From Bifidobacterium breve (GTDB lineage: Bacteria; Actinomycetota; Acidimicrobiia; Acidimicrobiales; Ilumatobacteraceae), in contig CAMDLK010000002.1 in NCBI GenBank assembly GCA_945901725.1, forward strand, positions 492 to 64,491: 64,000 nucleotides of DNA, written 5' to 3'. Below, one piece after another: positions 56,979 to 64,000 of this stretch; position 1 is the stretch's first letter, and the number at the start of each line of letters is the position of its first letter. Both the position numbers and the translations under genes were made by a program. Under the pieces are notes generated by a model, which saw only the letters and a program-made list of their open reading frames with translations, made no database searches and had not been told where the DNA came from.

Positions 56979-57908
56979 TTAATCAGTCATATGGCGATAA
57001 ATACGCTCAAGGTCAATCAGATCTGCGAACTCAATGCTGATCCGTCCTCGTTTGCCCGCCATTGACACGCTGACTTTCGTATCAAGGAATTCAGCCAGGA
57101 GGTTTTCCAGTTCCAGTAAGCCAGCTGGACGCAACGTAGTGGTTCCCCCACTTGTTGCTGGCTTTGGCTTATCGACACCGGGAACTCCGTTTTTCACTGC
57201 GTCTTCAGTGGCTCGCACTGACCAGCCATCCTTCACAGCCAGTGCTGCGAGTTCTTCCATCACAGAACTTGAACTGCTCGCCAATAATGCTCTGGCGTGA
57301 CCCGCTGTTAGTCGACCATCTGCCAAATACCCCTGCACGGCAGCAGGCAGTGACAACAAGCGCAATGCGTTGGTGATTGCAGCACGGCTCTTGCCCACAC
57401 GTTTCGCAATCTGCTCGTGCGTCATTGAAAAATCTTCAGAAAGTTGCTGGTAGGCAGACGCTTCTTCGAGCGCCGTGAGATCTTGGCGATGAAGGTTCTC
57501 AACTAACGCTTGTTCTACTGAGCCCAGTTCATTGATCTCGCGAACCACGACCGGGACAACAGACAGTTTTGCCTTCTGTGCTGCGCGCCAACGACGCTCG
57601 CCCGCAATCAACTGGAACTTGCCCGGTGACTTCTCACGAACAAGCAATGGCTGCAAGATGCCAATTTCCTTAATCGACTTTGCCAAATCACTCAATGATT
57701 CCTCATCGAAATGAACACGCGGCTGATGTGGGTTCGGCTCGATAGATGATGTGGGCACATCACGCAATGCAGACTCCGGCAATTCTTCACGCGGTGCTGC
57801 AGGCTTCGCGGCTGACGCGGGCGCAGTTGTAGCGGGCGCTGGAGCGTCTTCCCTAGTTGTGGGGATGAGAGTCGAAAGACCCTTACCTAGCTTTCGGCGT
57901 TCGACCAT
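56979..57908 (-). CDS. parB: Chromosome partitioning protein ParB
   Basis: 'LGKGLSTLI', 'PNPHQPR', 'GILQPLLVR', 'IAGERRWRAA'. Confidence 0.95.
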   Translation of the reverse strand: MVERRKLGKGLSTLIPTTREDAPAPATTAPASAAKPAAPREELPESALRDVPTSSIEPNPHQPRVHFDEESLSDLAKSIKEIGILQPLLVREKSPGKFQLIAGERRWRAAQKAKLSVVPVVVREINELGSVEQALVENLHRQDLTALEEASAYQQLSEDFSMTHEQIAKRVGKSRAAITNALRLLSLPAAVQGYLADGRLTAGHARALLASSSSSVMEELAALAVKDGWSVRATEDAVKNGVPGVDKPKPATSGGTTTLRPAGLLELENLLAEFLDTKVSVSMAGKRGRISIEFADLIDLERIYRHMTD

Positions 57909-58677
57909 GGCTTAACTCCTTTGCTACGTCGCGGTATGCCTTTGCACCTTTTGAGGTGCTGGCGTGCTTCAAGACCGACCGTTCCATTGATGGAGCTTCG
58001 GCCAACTTCACGTTGTACGGAATTGAACTGCGAAAGACTTTGGTGCCGTATGCAGAACGCAATTCCGCTTCGACTTCTGATGACAGCTTTTTGCTGCCCT
58101 CAGACATAGTCAATAAATAATGGGCTATTTCAAGAGTTGGATTCAGCGCCTGTTGCACTTGCTTCACCACTTCACTGAGATCACGAAGGCCTTCAAGAGC
58201 AAAGTACTGGCATTGCACAGGGGCCAAAATGGCATCAGCGGCCATAAAGGCATTCACTGTGAGACGACCAAGCGTGGGCGGGCAGTCAAGCAACATATAA
58301 TCCCAGTCATCCCGGCAGGCATCAATGGCGTCTTTCAAACGCGGCTGGGGAAACATCTCTGCCACAAGTTGGGCTTCAACTTCTGCTAGTGCCTGGCCGG
58401 TTGGCGCTGGAGCAACGAACAAGTTCTTTTCCGCAGTTGGCTCAATAATGCTGTCGAGGGTTTCCTCACGGCGCAACACTTCGGCAATAGTCGGCGCGTC
58501 TTCTGGTGGCCTCACGCCGAGACCAGATGATGCGTTGCCCTGCGGGTCGAGGTCAATGATCAGGGTCCGAAAGCCCAACTCAGCGAGAGCTGCCCCCAAA
58601 TTGATGGCGGTCGTGGTCTTGCCGACGCCGCCCTTCTGGAGGGAGATGGCAAGGACTGTTGTATCTGAATCGCTCAC
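57883..58677 (-). CDS. parA: Chromosome partitioning ATPase ParA/Soj
   Basis: Deviant Walker A 'QKGGVGKTTTA' and 'LIIDLDPQGNAS'. Confidence 0.95.
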   Translation of the reverse strand: MSDSDTTVLAISLQKGGVGKTTTAINLGAALAELGFRTLIIDLDPQGNASSGLGVRPPEDAPTIAEVLRREETLDSIIEPTAEKNLFVAPAPTGQALAEVEAQLVAEMFPQPRLKDAIDACRDDWDYMLLDCPPTLGRLTVNAFMAADAILAPVQCQYFALEGLRDLSEVVKQVQQALNPTLEIAHYLLTMSEGSKKLSSEVEAELRSAYGTKVFRSSIPYNVKLAEAPSMERSVLKHASTSKGAKAYRDVAKELSHGRTPKAR

Positions 58678-58763
58678 GAAGGGGTGTCTCCTTGCTCTGT
58701 GGTGGTGGGGTGGACACTGCCAGTGTAGGTGGAGGCTGTGGACAACGGGTGGATGTTGCCCGA

Positions 58764-58779
58764 TGTTTCACGTGGAACA
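58764..58779. other. parS site (one mismatch)
   Basis: TGTTTCACGTGGAACA compared with the consensus TGTTTCACGTGAAACA. Confidence 0.8.
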
Positions 58780-58806
58780 TCGGTCTCAGGCGGGGTGGTC
58801 TCAGAA

Positions 58807-58822
58807 TGTTTCACGTGAAACA
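58807..58822. other. parS site (perfect)
   Basis: TGTTTCACGTGAAACA. Confidence 0.9.
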
Positions 58823-58846
58823 TCTGAAGGTTTTTGGTCTGCCGAT

Positions 58847-58862
58847 TGTTTCACGTGAAACA
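58847..58862. other. parS site (perfect)
   Basis: TGTTTCACGTGAAACA. Confidence 0.9.
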
Positions 58863-58880
58863 AACCCTCAACCAAGTCAC

Positions 58881-59468
58881 TTAAGGGTTTGCCGTGAGGC
58901 ACACCACGCCAGGACGGTATTCAGGGGGGTCAAAACCGAGCCGTTTCAGGAGGTCTGACGGCCATCGTGTGGGGTCAAAAGTGGGGGGTTCAGAGACGAT
59001 TAACGTCCCTCCGTTTTTTAGGAGGGGTCGTGCGAGGGTGGCCGTGACTTCGGGTGAAGCGAACCCTCGACAGACCACCGCGTCGTAGGTGGCGGCATGC
59101 TCGGGGCTCTGGCCAAGTACCGCCACGTCGCCGGTCAGCACCTTCACCCGGTCGCGAATTCCCATTGCGGTAACCCCGCGGGCAAGTGCATCCATCCGGG
59201 CTTCACGTCGATCAGTTAGTACCAATCTCAAGTCGGGGCGGTCGACAGCGATGATGAGACCAGGTACTCCGGCCCCCGTTCCGATATCCATTACCGACCC
59301 AGTGACACCAACAAGGCCATCAACAAATTGCCGTGAATGTGCAATGACGTCAGGGATTGGCAGTGCGCCAAGGGTGCCGAGACGCTGGGCTGTCCCTAGG
59401 ACGTCTTCAAGGCTACGGGGTTCTGGCACGTCATGAATGTAGTGCCGAATATGCAAAAGGCCCGCCAT
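58881..59468 (-). CDS. rsmG: 16S rRNA (guanine527-N7)-methyltransferase RsmG/GidB
   Basis: 'DIGTGAGVPGL' SAM motif. Lies between parA and jag. Confidence 0.9.
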   Translation of the reverse strand: MAGLLHIRHYIHDVPEPRSLEDVLGTAQRLGTLGALPIPDVIAHSRQFVDGLVGVTGSVMDIGTGAGVPGLIIAVDRPDLRLVLTDRREARMDALARGVTAMGIRDRVKVLTGDVAVLGQSPEHAATYDAVVCRGFASPEVTATLARPLLKNGGTLIVSEPPTFDPTRWPSDLLKRLGFDPPEYRPGVVCLTANP

Positions 59469-59496
59469 ACGGCGGGCCCATCACAATAAAGAGTGG

Positions 59497-60306
59497 TTAT
59501 TCAGCTGGTTCTACAACCACCCGGCGGCGAGGATCTTCACCCTCAGAGCGGGTAATCACGCCTTCAAATTCCATGAGGGTGTCGTGGACGATCTTGCGGT
59601 CTGCTGATGACATTGGCTCAAGCATGCGCGGTGAACCAGTTTCTTTCACTTCAGCAGCAACCTTTTGGGCAAAGCGGCTGAGTGCTTCACGGCGACGCTC
59701 GCGGTAACCCGCGATGTCGATACGAAGACGAGTGTCCTGGTCACCAAGGCGGCGCTGGCTAGCGACGCGAGTGAGGTCTTGGATGGCGAGCAATGTTGCG
59801 CCGCCAGGTCCGACCATAAGCCCAAGTTCTGATCCGTCGACCAGTACTTCGATCTCTTCTTCAACGCGACTGACCTTTACAGAACCCGTGGTACCAAAGG
59901 CTGTAACGAGACCATTGAGGAACTCGGCTGCTGCCTTGCCCACTTCTTCGGGATCAACTTCAATCTTTTCGCGTGGCTCACGTGGCTCACGTTGTGGGCG
60001 ATCCTCGCGTGGTGCGCGCTCACGACGCTCTCCGCGCTCAGCGTTTTCCTTGCGGGGGCGCTGTTCACGTGGCTCTGATGACTTCTCTGCTGCTTGCTTG
60101 CGCGGGCGACGCTCGGTCTTACCGCGTGGTGTTGCCGGACGAACGCGTGCACGCACGCGAGCTTCGCCGCGGGTACGACCGAAAAGGCCCGCCTTTGGTT
60201 CGTCAACAATTTCGAATTCAGCGTCGTCTTCTGCAACGCCCAATTGGTCGAGCGCGGCTTCCTTGGCTTCTTCGAGTGTGCTGCCTGTTGTTTCTACCCA
60301 TTCCAT
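59497..60306 (-). CDS. jag: Jag/KhpB-type RNA-binding protein (Jag_N, KH, R3H) with a low-complexity Arg/Glu/Pro linker
   Basis: N-terminal 'LEEAKEAALDQLGV', central 'PREPREPRE..' and C-terminal R3H 'MSSADRKIVHDTL'. Confidence 0.85.
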   Translation of the reverse strand: MEWVETTGSTLEEAKEAALDQLGVAEDDAEFEIVDEPKAGLFGRTRGEARVRARVRPATPRGKTERRPRKQAAEKSSEPREQRPRKENAERGERRERAPREDRPQREPREPREKIEVDPEEVGKAAAEFLNGLVTAFGTTGSVKVSRVEEEIEVLVDGSELGLMVGPGGATLLAIQDLTRVASQRRLGDQDTRLRIDIAGYRERRREALSRFAQKVAAEVKETGSPRMLEPMSSADRKIVHDTLMEFEGVITRSEGEDPRRRVVVEPAE

Positions 60307-60351
60307 GGTGTCCTCAATTTCTGTGTGTGAATAGTGCGTCAGCGTGACGCG

Positions 60352-61284
60352 TTACTTGTTTCGCTTGCTGGGTGGAACCGGGCGACTCGGCCGACCGCTT
60401 GGTGCGGGACGGTTCTTGCTCGGGGTAACCCTCTTGCTCTGAATGGGAGCGGGTGCTTGCGATTGTTCGTTCTTCTGCTTGCTGGGCTTAGCGTCATCCT
60501 TGCCCATTTCGCGCGCGGATGCGCTGGCGGCTTGAGCCTGACGGCCGAGGCCATCTTCTCCGTAGAAGCGACGAGTGATGTATCCCTGTTGAAGGATGCG
60601 GAAAACAGTTTGGGTGAGGTAGTACACCACGAGGCTGGTTGGCAAAAAGACTTGAAACAGTGCGAATGCAACGGGCATGTACTGCATGATCTTGGCCTGA
60701 GTGGCTGACATGCCAGCGCCTGCTGGTGTGCGACTAGCCACCATGCGCTGCTGAACGAGATACAAGCCGCCGAGCAGCACAACGAGCAGGGCATACCAAA
60801 TGCCACTGGCAAAGTTCTGTCTCATTGCATCAGCCGGGGTAATCGCAAGGTCAAGACCAAACGACATCATCTTGTTCACCTGACGCAAAGCAATCGATAA
60901 GTCAGAGCTATCCGAAATGTAATGCGGGTCAAAAAGGCCAGTCATTGGGTCTTTTTTGGTCAAACCGCTCAAAACGCGGAACATGATGATGAACACGGGC
61001 ATCTGGGCCAGCAATGGCAAACACGAAGCCAGCGGGTTCACCTTGTGCTCTTGGTAGAGCTTCATCATCTCTTCGTTCAGCTTTTGGCGATCACCTTTGT
61101 ACTGATTCTGCAGCTTCTTCATCTCTGGTTGAAGACGTTGCATTTCCAACATTCCCTTGGTGCTCTTCATTGTGAGCGGGGTGATGAGCAACATGATGGC
61201 AAGCGCCACAATGGCAATTGCTACCGCGTAACTGTGCACCCACCCGTAGGTGGTGTCGATGAGCCATGCGCCTGCTTGAAACAT
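60352..61284 (-). CDS. yidC: Membrane protein insertase YidC
   Basis: 'MQRLQPEMKKLQNQYKGDRQKLNEEMMKLYQEHKVNP..CLP.L.QMP.F' and a basic C-tail. Confidence 0.9.
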   Translation of the reverse strand: MFQAGAWLIDTTYGWVHSYAVAIAIVALAIMLLITPLTMKSTKGMLEMQRLQPEMKKLQNQYKGDRQKLNEEMMKLYQEHKVNPLASCLPLLAQMPVFIIMFRVLSGLTKKDPMTGLFDPHYISDSSDLSIALRQVNKMMSFGLDLAITPADAMRQNFASGIWYALLVVLLGGLYLVQQRMVASRTPAGAGMSATQAKIMQYMPVAFALFQVFLPTSLVVYYLTQTVFRILQQGYITRRFYGEDGLGRQAQAASASAREMGKDDAKPSKQKNEQSQAPAPIQSKRVTPSKNRPAPSGRPSRPVPPSKRNK

Positions 61285-61296
61285 ATTGGTGCCTTT

Positions 61297-61563
61297 CTAG
61301 GCAGCCCCTCGCGGGGCAGGTACTTGGTCGACTCCGGATGGCCCGAATGGTCGACAACGGATCAATCTGCGAATAGTGAGCCATAGCCCGCGGACAGATC
61401 CGTGGGTTTCAATGGCTTCCACCGCATAGTGAGAACAGCTGGGATAGAAGCGGCATGGCGAAGGACGGCCTTCGCGAGCAACTTGGTAAAACGAAATGGC
61501 CTTCAACATGAGACTTTGTGGTTTTGTGAAATGCTCATGGTCGGCGCAGACGTCGGTGCTCAT
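61297..61563 (-). CDS. yidD: Membrane protein insertion efficiency factor YidD
   Basis: 'CRFYPSCSHYAVEAIETHG'. The ATG at 61563 overlaps the rnpA stop (ATGA). Confidence 0.85.
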   Translation of the reverse strand: MSTDVCADHEHFTKPQSLMLKAISFYQVAREGRPSPCRFYPSCSHYAVEAIETHGSVRGLWLTIRRLIRCRPFGPSGVDQVPAPRGAA

Positions 61564-61892
61564 TTCGAGGCTCCTGCACATTTGGCCAGAAGGGAATCGA
61601 GGTGGCGACCGAGTTCTGTGAAGGCGACTCCATGAGCCCGAGGCGACGCGCCAAAGACATACACGCCTGCCGGCATTGCAGCCTCGCGGGTTTTCACAAG
61701 TTCACGAAGTTGGCGGCGCAAACGGTTGCGGCGCACGGCAGACCCGTAGCCGCGCCCTAAGGCGTAGCCCACGTGAGGGTGAGAGAGAGTGGAGTCAAGC
61801 AACATGGTGCAGGACAGCGGACCAGAACGAACATGGCGCCCTTCTGCGCGAACGCGCTGAAAGGTCGATCGGCTCTGGATGCGGCCGATCAA
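61560..61892 (-). CDS. rnpA: Ribonuclease P protein component
   Basis: Basic 110-aa protein with '[13 protein letters not shown]'. The TTG start overlaps the rpmH stop. Confidence 0.85.
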   Translation of the reverse strand: MIGRIQSRSTFQRVRAEGRHVRSGPLSCTMLLDSTLSHPHVGYALGRGYGSAVRRNRLRRQLRELVKTREAAMPAGVYVFGASPRAHGVAFTELGRHLDSLLAKCAGASK

Positions 61893-62023
61893 GCGCTGAG
61901 GCGGTGACGGCCCTTGGCCCGACGGTTCTTCAAGATTGCGCGGCCGGCACGTGTGCTCATGCGCGAACGAAAGCCATGCTTACGAAGTTTGCGTCGGTTG
62001 TTGGGCTGAAAGGTGCGCTTCAT
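61889..62023 (-). CDS. rpmH: 50S ribosomal protein L34
   Basis: '[44 protein letters not shown]'. Confidence 0.95.
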   Translation of the reverse strand: MKRTFQPNNRRKLRKHGFRSRMSTRAGRAILKNRRAKGRHRLSA

Positions 62024-62159
62024 GGCGCCTCCTATTGGGACAAGCTTCTGCAAAGAAGCGCGGATTATGAGAACGAACCTGTACCAGCGGTACGAGACGA
62101 ACGTCTGTCTCAGGCTAACGGGCTCAGGACCCGTCCCACCGCGACCCGCCAAATTTGGC

Positions 62160-62244
62160 TTATCCACAACTCCTGCTACGGTCGTCTACCCAGGGGAATT
62201 CCCCCATGCAGTCATCCACAGCCTGTGGATTGTGCTGTGGATGA
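62160..62244. promoter_or_regulatory. DnaA boxes in the rpmH-dnaA intergenic region (dnaA promoter / oriC-left)
   Basis: TTATCCACA (62160, perfect), TCATCCACA (62212), TGTGGATTG (62224), TGTGGATGA (62236). Confidence 0.7.
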
Positions 62245-62261
62245 GTAAAAAGGAGCCACAA

Positions 62262-63623
62262 ATGAGCAACCACGAAGCAGTGTGGAATGCAACAGCACAA
62301 CTCCTCAAAGCACAAGTGTCTGAAGGTGTGTGGTACTCCACATTCAACGACGTTGTCGCTCTCACAAGCACCGATGAGTCGCTTCGTCTTCAAGTTCCTA
62401 ACGCGCATGTGCGCGACCGCATCGTCACTCGTTACCACCCACTCGTCGTTGATGCACTCGACGAGATCGGTGAAAGCGATCGCGAGCTCATTATCGAGAT
62501 CAGCGATCTTCAACCCCCATCAGATACCGACATTGCAATCGTCGAATCACCAGAGACCGCAGCAGTAGCCACAAACACCAATAACGGCAAGGGTTTGGCA
62601 GTAGGTCTTAATCCTCGTTACACCTTCGACAACTTCGTGAAAGGTGCGTCTAACCAATTCGCACTTGCTGCTGCATTGCGTGTTGCTGAAACTCCAGCGC
62701 GTTCGTACAACCCCCTTTTCATCTACGGCCAGGCCGGACTAGGTAAGACTCACCTCTTGCAAGCCATAGGTTGGTACGTGCATGACCATTACGCGCACTA
62801 CGAAGTTCGTTATGTCTCGACAGAAACTTTCTTGAACGAATACGTCGATGCGATTCGTACAAACACCACCGCAGCCTTCAAAAGGCGCTACCGCGACGTC
62901 GATGTTTTGCTCATTGACGACATCCAATTTATGGAGGGTAAAGAAGGGCTCCAGGAGGAGTTTTTCCACACCTTCAACTCGCTCCACGGAGCCAACAAAC
63001 AGATCGTTATCTCCTCCGACCGGATGCCAGACAACATCCCAACTCTGGAAGATCGCCTCCGCAGCCGATTCCGTTGGGGCCTCATCACCGATATCCAGCC
63101 TCCGGACATCGAAACCCGCCTCGCAATCTTGCGAAATAAGGCCGAGCGAGACAACACCCCTCTGCCAGCAGACGTCCTTGAGTTCATCGCCACCAACATC
63201 ACCTCGAACATTCGTGAGCTTGAAGGTGCCCTTATTCGCGTCACCGCCTATGCCAACCTCACCCGTGAGCCAGCATCAGTAGAGATGGCACAGCATCAGT
63301 TGGCCGACCTTCTTACTGCAACGGCCCCAAAGAACCGCACGGACGAAGAAATGTTGGCCGAGATAGCCGAATTCATGGGATTCTCGGTCGAAGCCCTCAA
63401 AGGCAAGTCTCGCCAGCGCCCGCTGGTTTCAGCCCGCCAGATCGCCATGTACATATTCCGTGACATGACCGAGCTCAGCTACCCGGCAATTGCCCGCCTC
63501 TTCGGTGGCCGAGATCACACCACCGTTATTCACGCAGTTGACAAAACTCAGCGTCTGATGCGCGAAGACAAGCACACGTTTGACCTCGTCACAGCCATCA
63601 CCGCCCGGATCAAGAACTCATAA
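62262..63623 (+). CDS. dnaA: Chromosomal replication initiator DnaA
   Basis: AAGGAG RBS sits before the ATG at 62262. Walker A 'GQAGLGKTHLL', 'LLIDDIQF', and C-terminal DNA-binding 'RQIAMYIFRDMTELSYPAIARLFGGRDHTTVIHA'. The ORF from 62013 overlaps rpmH and the DnaA boxes. Confidence 0.95.
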   Translation: MSNHEAVWNATAQLLKAQVSEGVWYSTFNDVVALTSTDESLRLQVPNAHVRDRIVTRYHPLVVDALDEIGESDRELIIEISDLQPPSDTDIAIVESPETAAVATNTNNGKGLAVGLNPRYTFDNFVKGASNQFALAAALRVAETPARSYNPLFIYGQAGLGKTHLLQAIGWYVHDHYAHYEVRYVSTETFLNEYVDAIRTNTTAAFKRRYRDVDVLLIDDIQFMEGKEGLQEEFFHTFNSLHGANKQIVISSDRMPDNIPTLEDRLRSRFRWGLITDIQPPDIETRLAILRNKAERDNTPLPADVLEFIATNITSNIRELEGALIRVTAYANLTREPASVEMAQHQLADLLTATAPKNRTDEEMLAEIAEFMGFSVEALKGKSRQRPLVSARQIAMYIFRDMTELSYPAIARLFGGRDHTTVIHAVDKTQRLMREDKHTFDLVTAITARIKNS

Positions 63624-63909
63624 TTCGATGACTCACCAGGCTGTGAATCTCGTGGGGATGAACCTGTGTGCCTCTTGGGGACGAATGGGTATAAGTACCA
63701 CGTCGTCCACACCTTCATTAATTACACGCGCGCAACCTGTGTTAACCAGTCCTTCGCCGTGCACATGGTCTTTTCAGTACCCGTATGGCTCAGATGCTCG
63801 TCGTCCACAATCCACAGCACTTATTACTATTAATAGATTTATACATCACATTTCGGCATCTCTAATCGCGCCGTTCTACACTGACAATCTCCGAGTGAAA
63901 GTCCCAGCA
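63624..63909. other. Probable oriC core (dnaA-dnaN intergenic) with DnaA-box-like 9-mers and an AT-rich unwinding tract
   Basis: TCGTCCACA at 63703 and 63811, AATCCACAG at 63819, and the AT-rich 'CACTTATTACTATTAATAGATTTATACATCACATTT' at ~63828-63863. Confidence 0.6.
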
Positions 63910-64000
63910 TGAAGTTCAGAAGCGAACAAGGAATCCTTGCCGAGGCCTTAGGGGCCCTTGCTCGAATTGCCTCCACTCGAAATGCTGGAACCCCGGCGTT
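63910..64000 (+). CDS. dnaN: DNA polymerase III beta sliding clamp, 3'-truncated by window edge
   Basis: 'MKFRSEQGILAEALGALARIAS..' is a typical DnaN N-terminus, positioned after dnaA/oriC. Confidence 0.8.

Noticed and set aside
59940-60140. Repetitive 'PREPREPRE / ERRER' coding repeats that might look like a DNA repeat array
   Set aside because: This is a low-complexity Arg/Glu/Pro linker within the Jag/KhpB ORF. There is no spacer-repeat periodicity, so it is not CRISPR-like.
62013-62261. Long N-terminal extension of dnaA (ORF starts at 62013)
   Set aside because: It overlaps rpmH on the opposite strand and runs across the DnaA-box cluster. AAGGAG-N7-ATG at 62262 gives a canonical DnaA N-terminus.
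1-64000. Scan for CRISPR arrays, IS elements/transposases, prophage genes, toxin-antitoxin pairs, and restriction-modification or other defence systems
   Set aside because: None was recognisable in any frame. The window is core, origin-proximal housekeeping DNA.

Overview
This window is the origin-proximal region of an actinobacterial chromosome, about 64 kb, densely packed with housekeeping genes. Markers of the phylum are WhiB, ClpS-DUF2017, HspR, CwlM, a SigM-like ECF cluster and a tRNA Glu-Asp-Phe trio. From memory, gene order mirrors Mycobacterium tuberculosis blocks Rv3907c..Rv0001 (cca ... sigM-trxB-trxA-cwlM-parBA-rsmG-jag-yidC-yidD-rnpA-rpmH-dnaA-dnaN), Rv0053-58 (rpsF-ssb-rpsR-rplI..dnaB), Rv0350-53 (dnaK-grpE-dnaJ-hspR) and Rv0337c/0338c. 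GC looks moderate by eye. The terminal oxidase is caa3-type (CoxII fused to cytochrome c), so a non-Actinomycetia lineage such as Acidimicrobiia is my guess (inference only). I saw no rRNA genes, CRISPR arrays, transposases, integrases or obvious defence islands.

The most unusual content is a roughly 10 kb same-strand respiratory operon (ctaB ... ctaG-GNAT). In it, a canonical caa3 oxidase (ctaC-ctaD-ctaE-coxIV-ctaG) is preceded by, and translationally coupled to, a second intact set of oxidase-like subunits. These are subunit I-like, subunit III-like, and a subunit IV-like/cupredoxin fusion. By eye they have lost essentially all heme and copper ligands, a cofactor-less 'shadow oxidase'.

Other notable items:
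- a WhiB7-type regulator (EPW motif plus AT-hook) behind a uORF and intrinsic-terminator leader
- three parS sites between parA and rsmG
- four DnaA-box clusters: upstream of dnaB, cwlM-parB, rpmH-dnaA, and dnaA-dnaN (oriC)
- an ECF sigma gene whose conserved N-terminus lies upstream of any canonical start codon
- a HisD-family paralog with an altered active site
- DegV plus a Ser/Thr kinase where murJ normally sits

All similarity statements come from reading the translated ORFs by eye; no searches were run.
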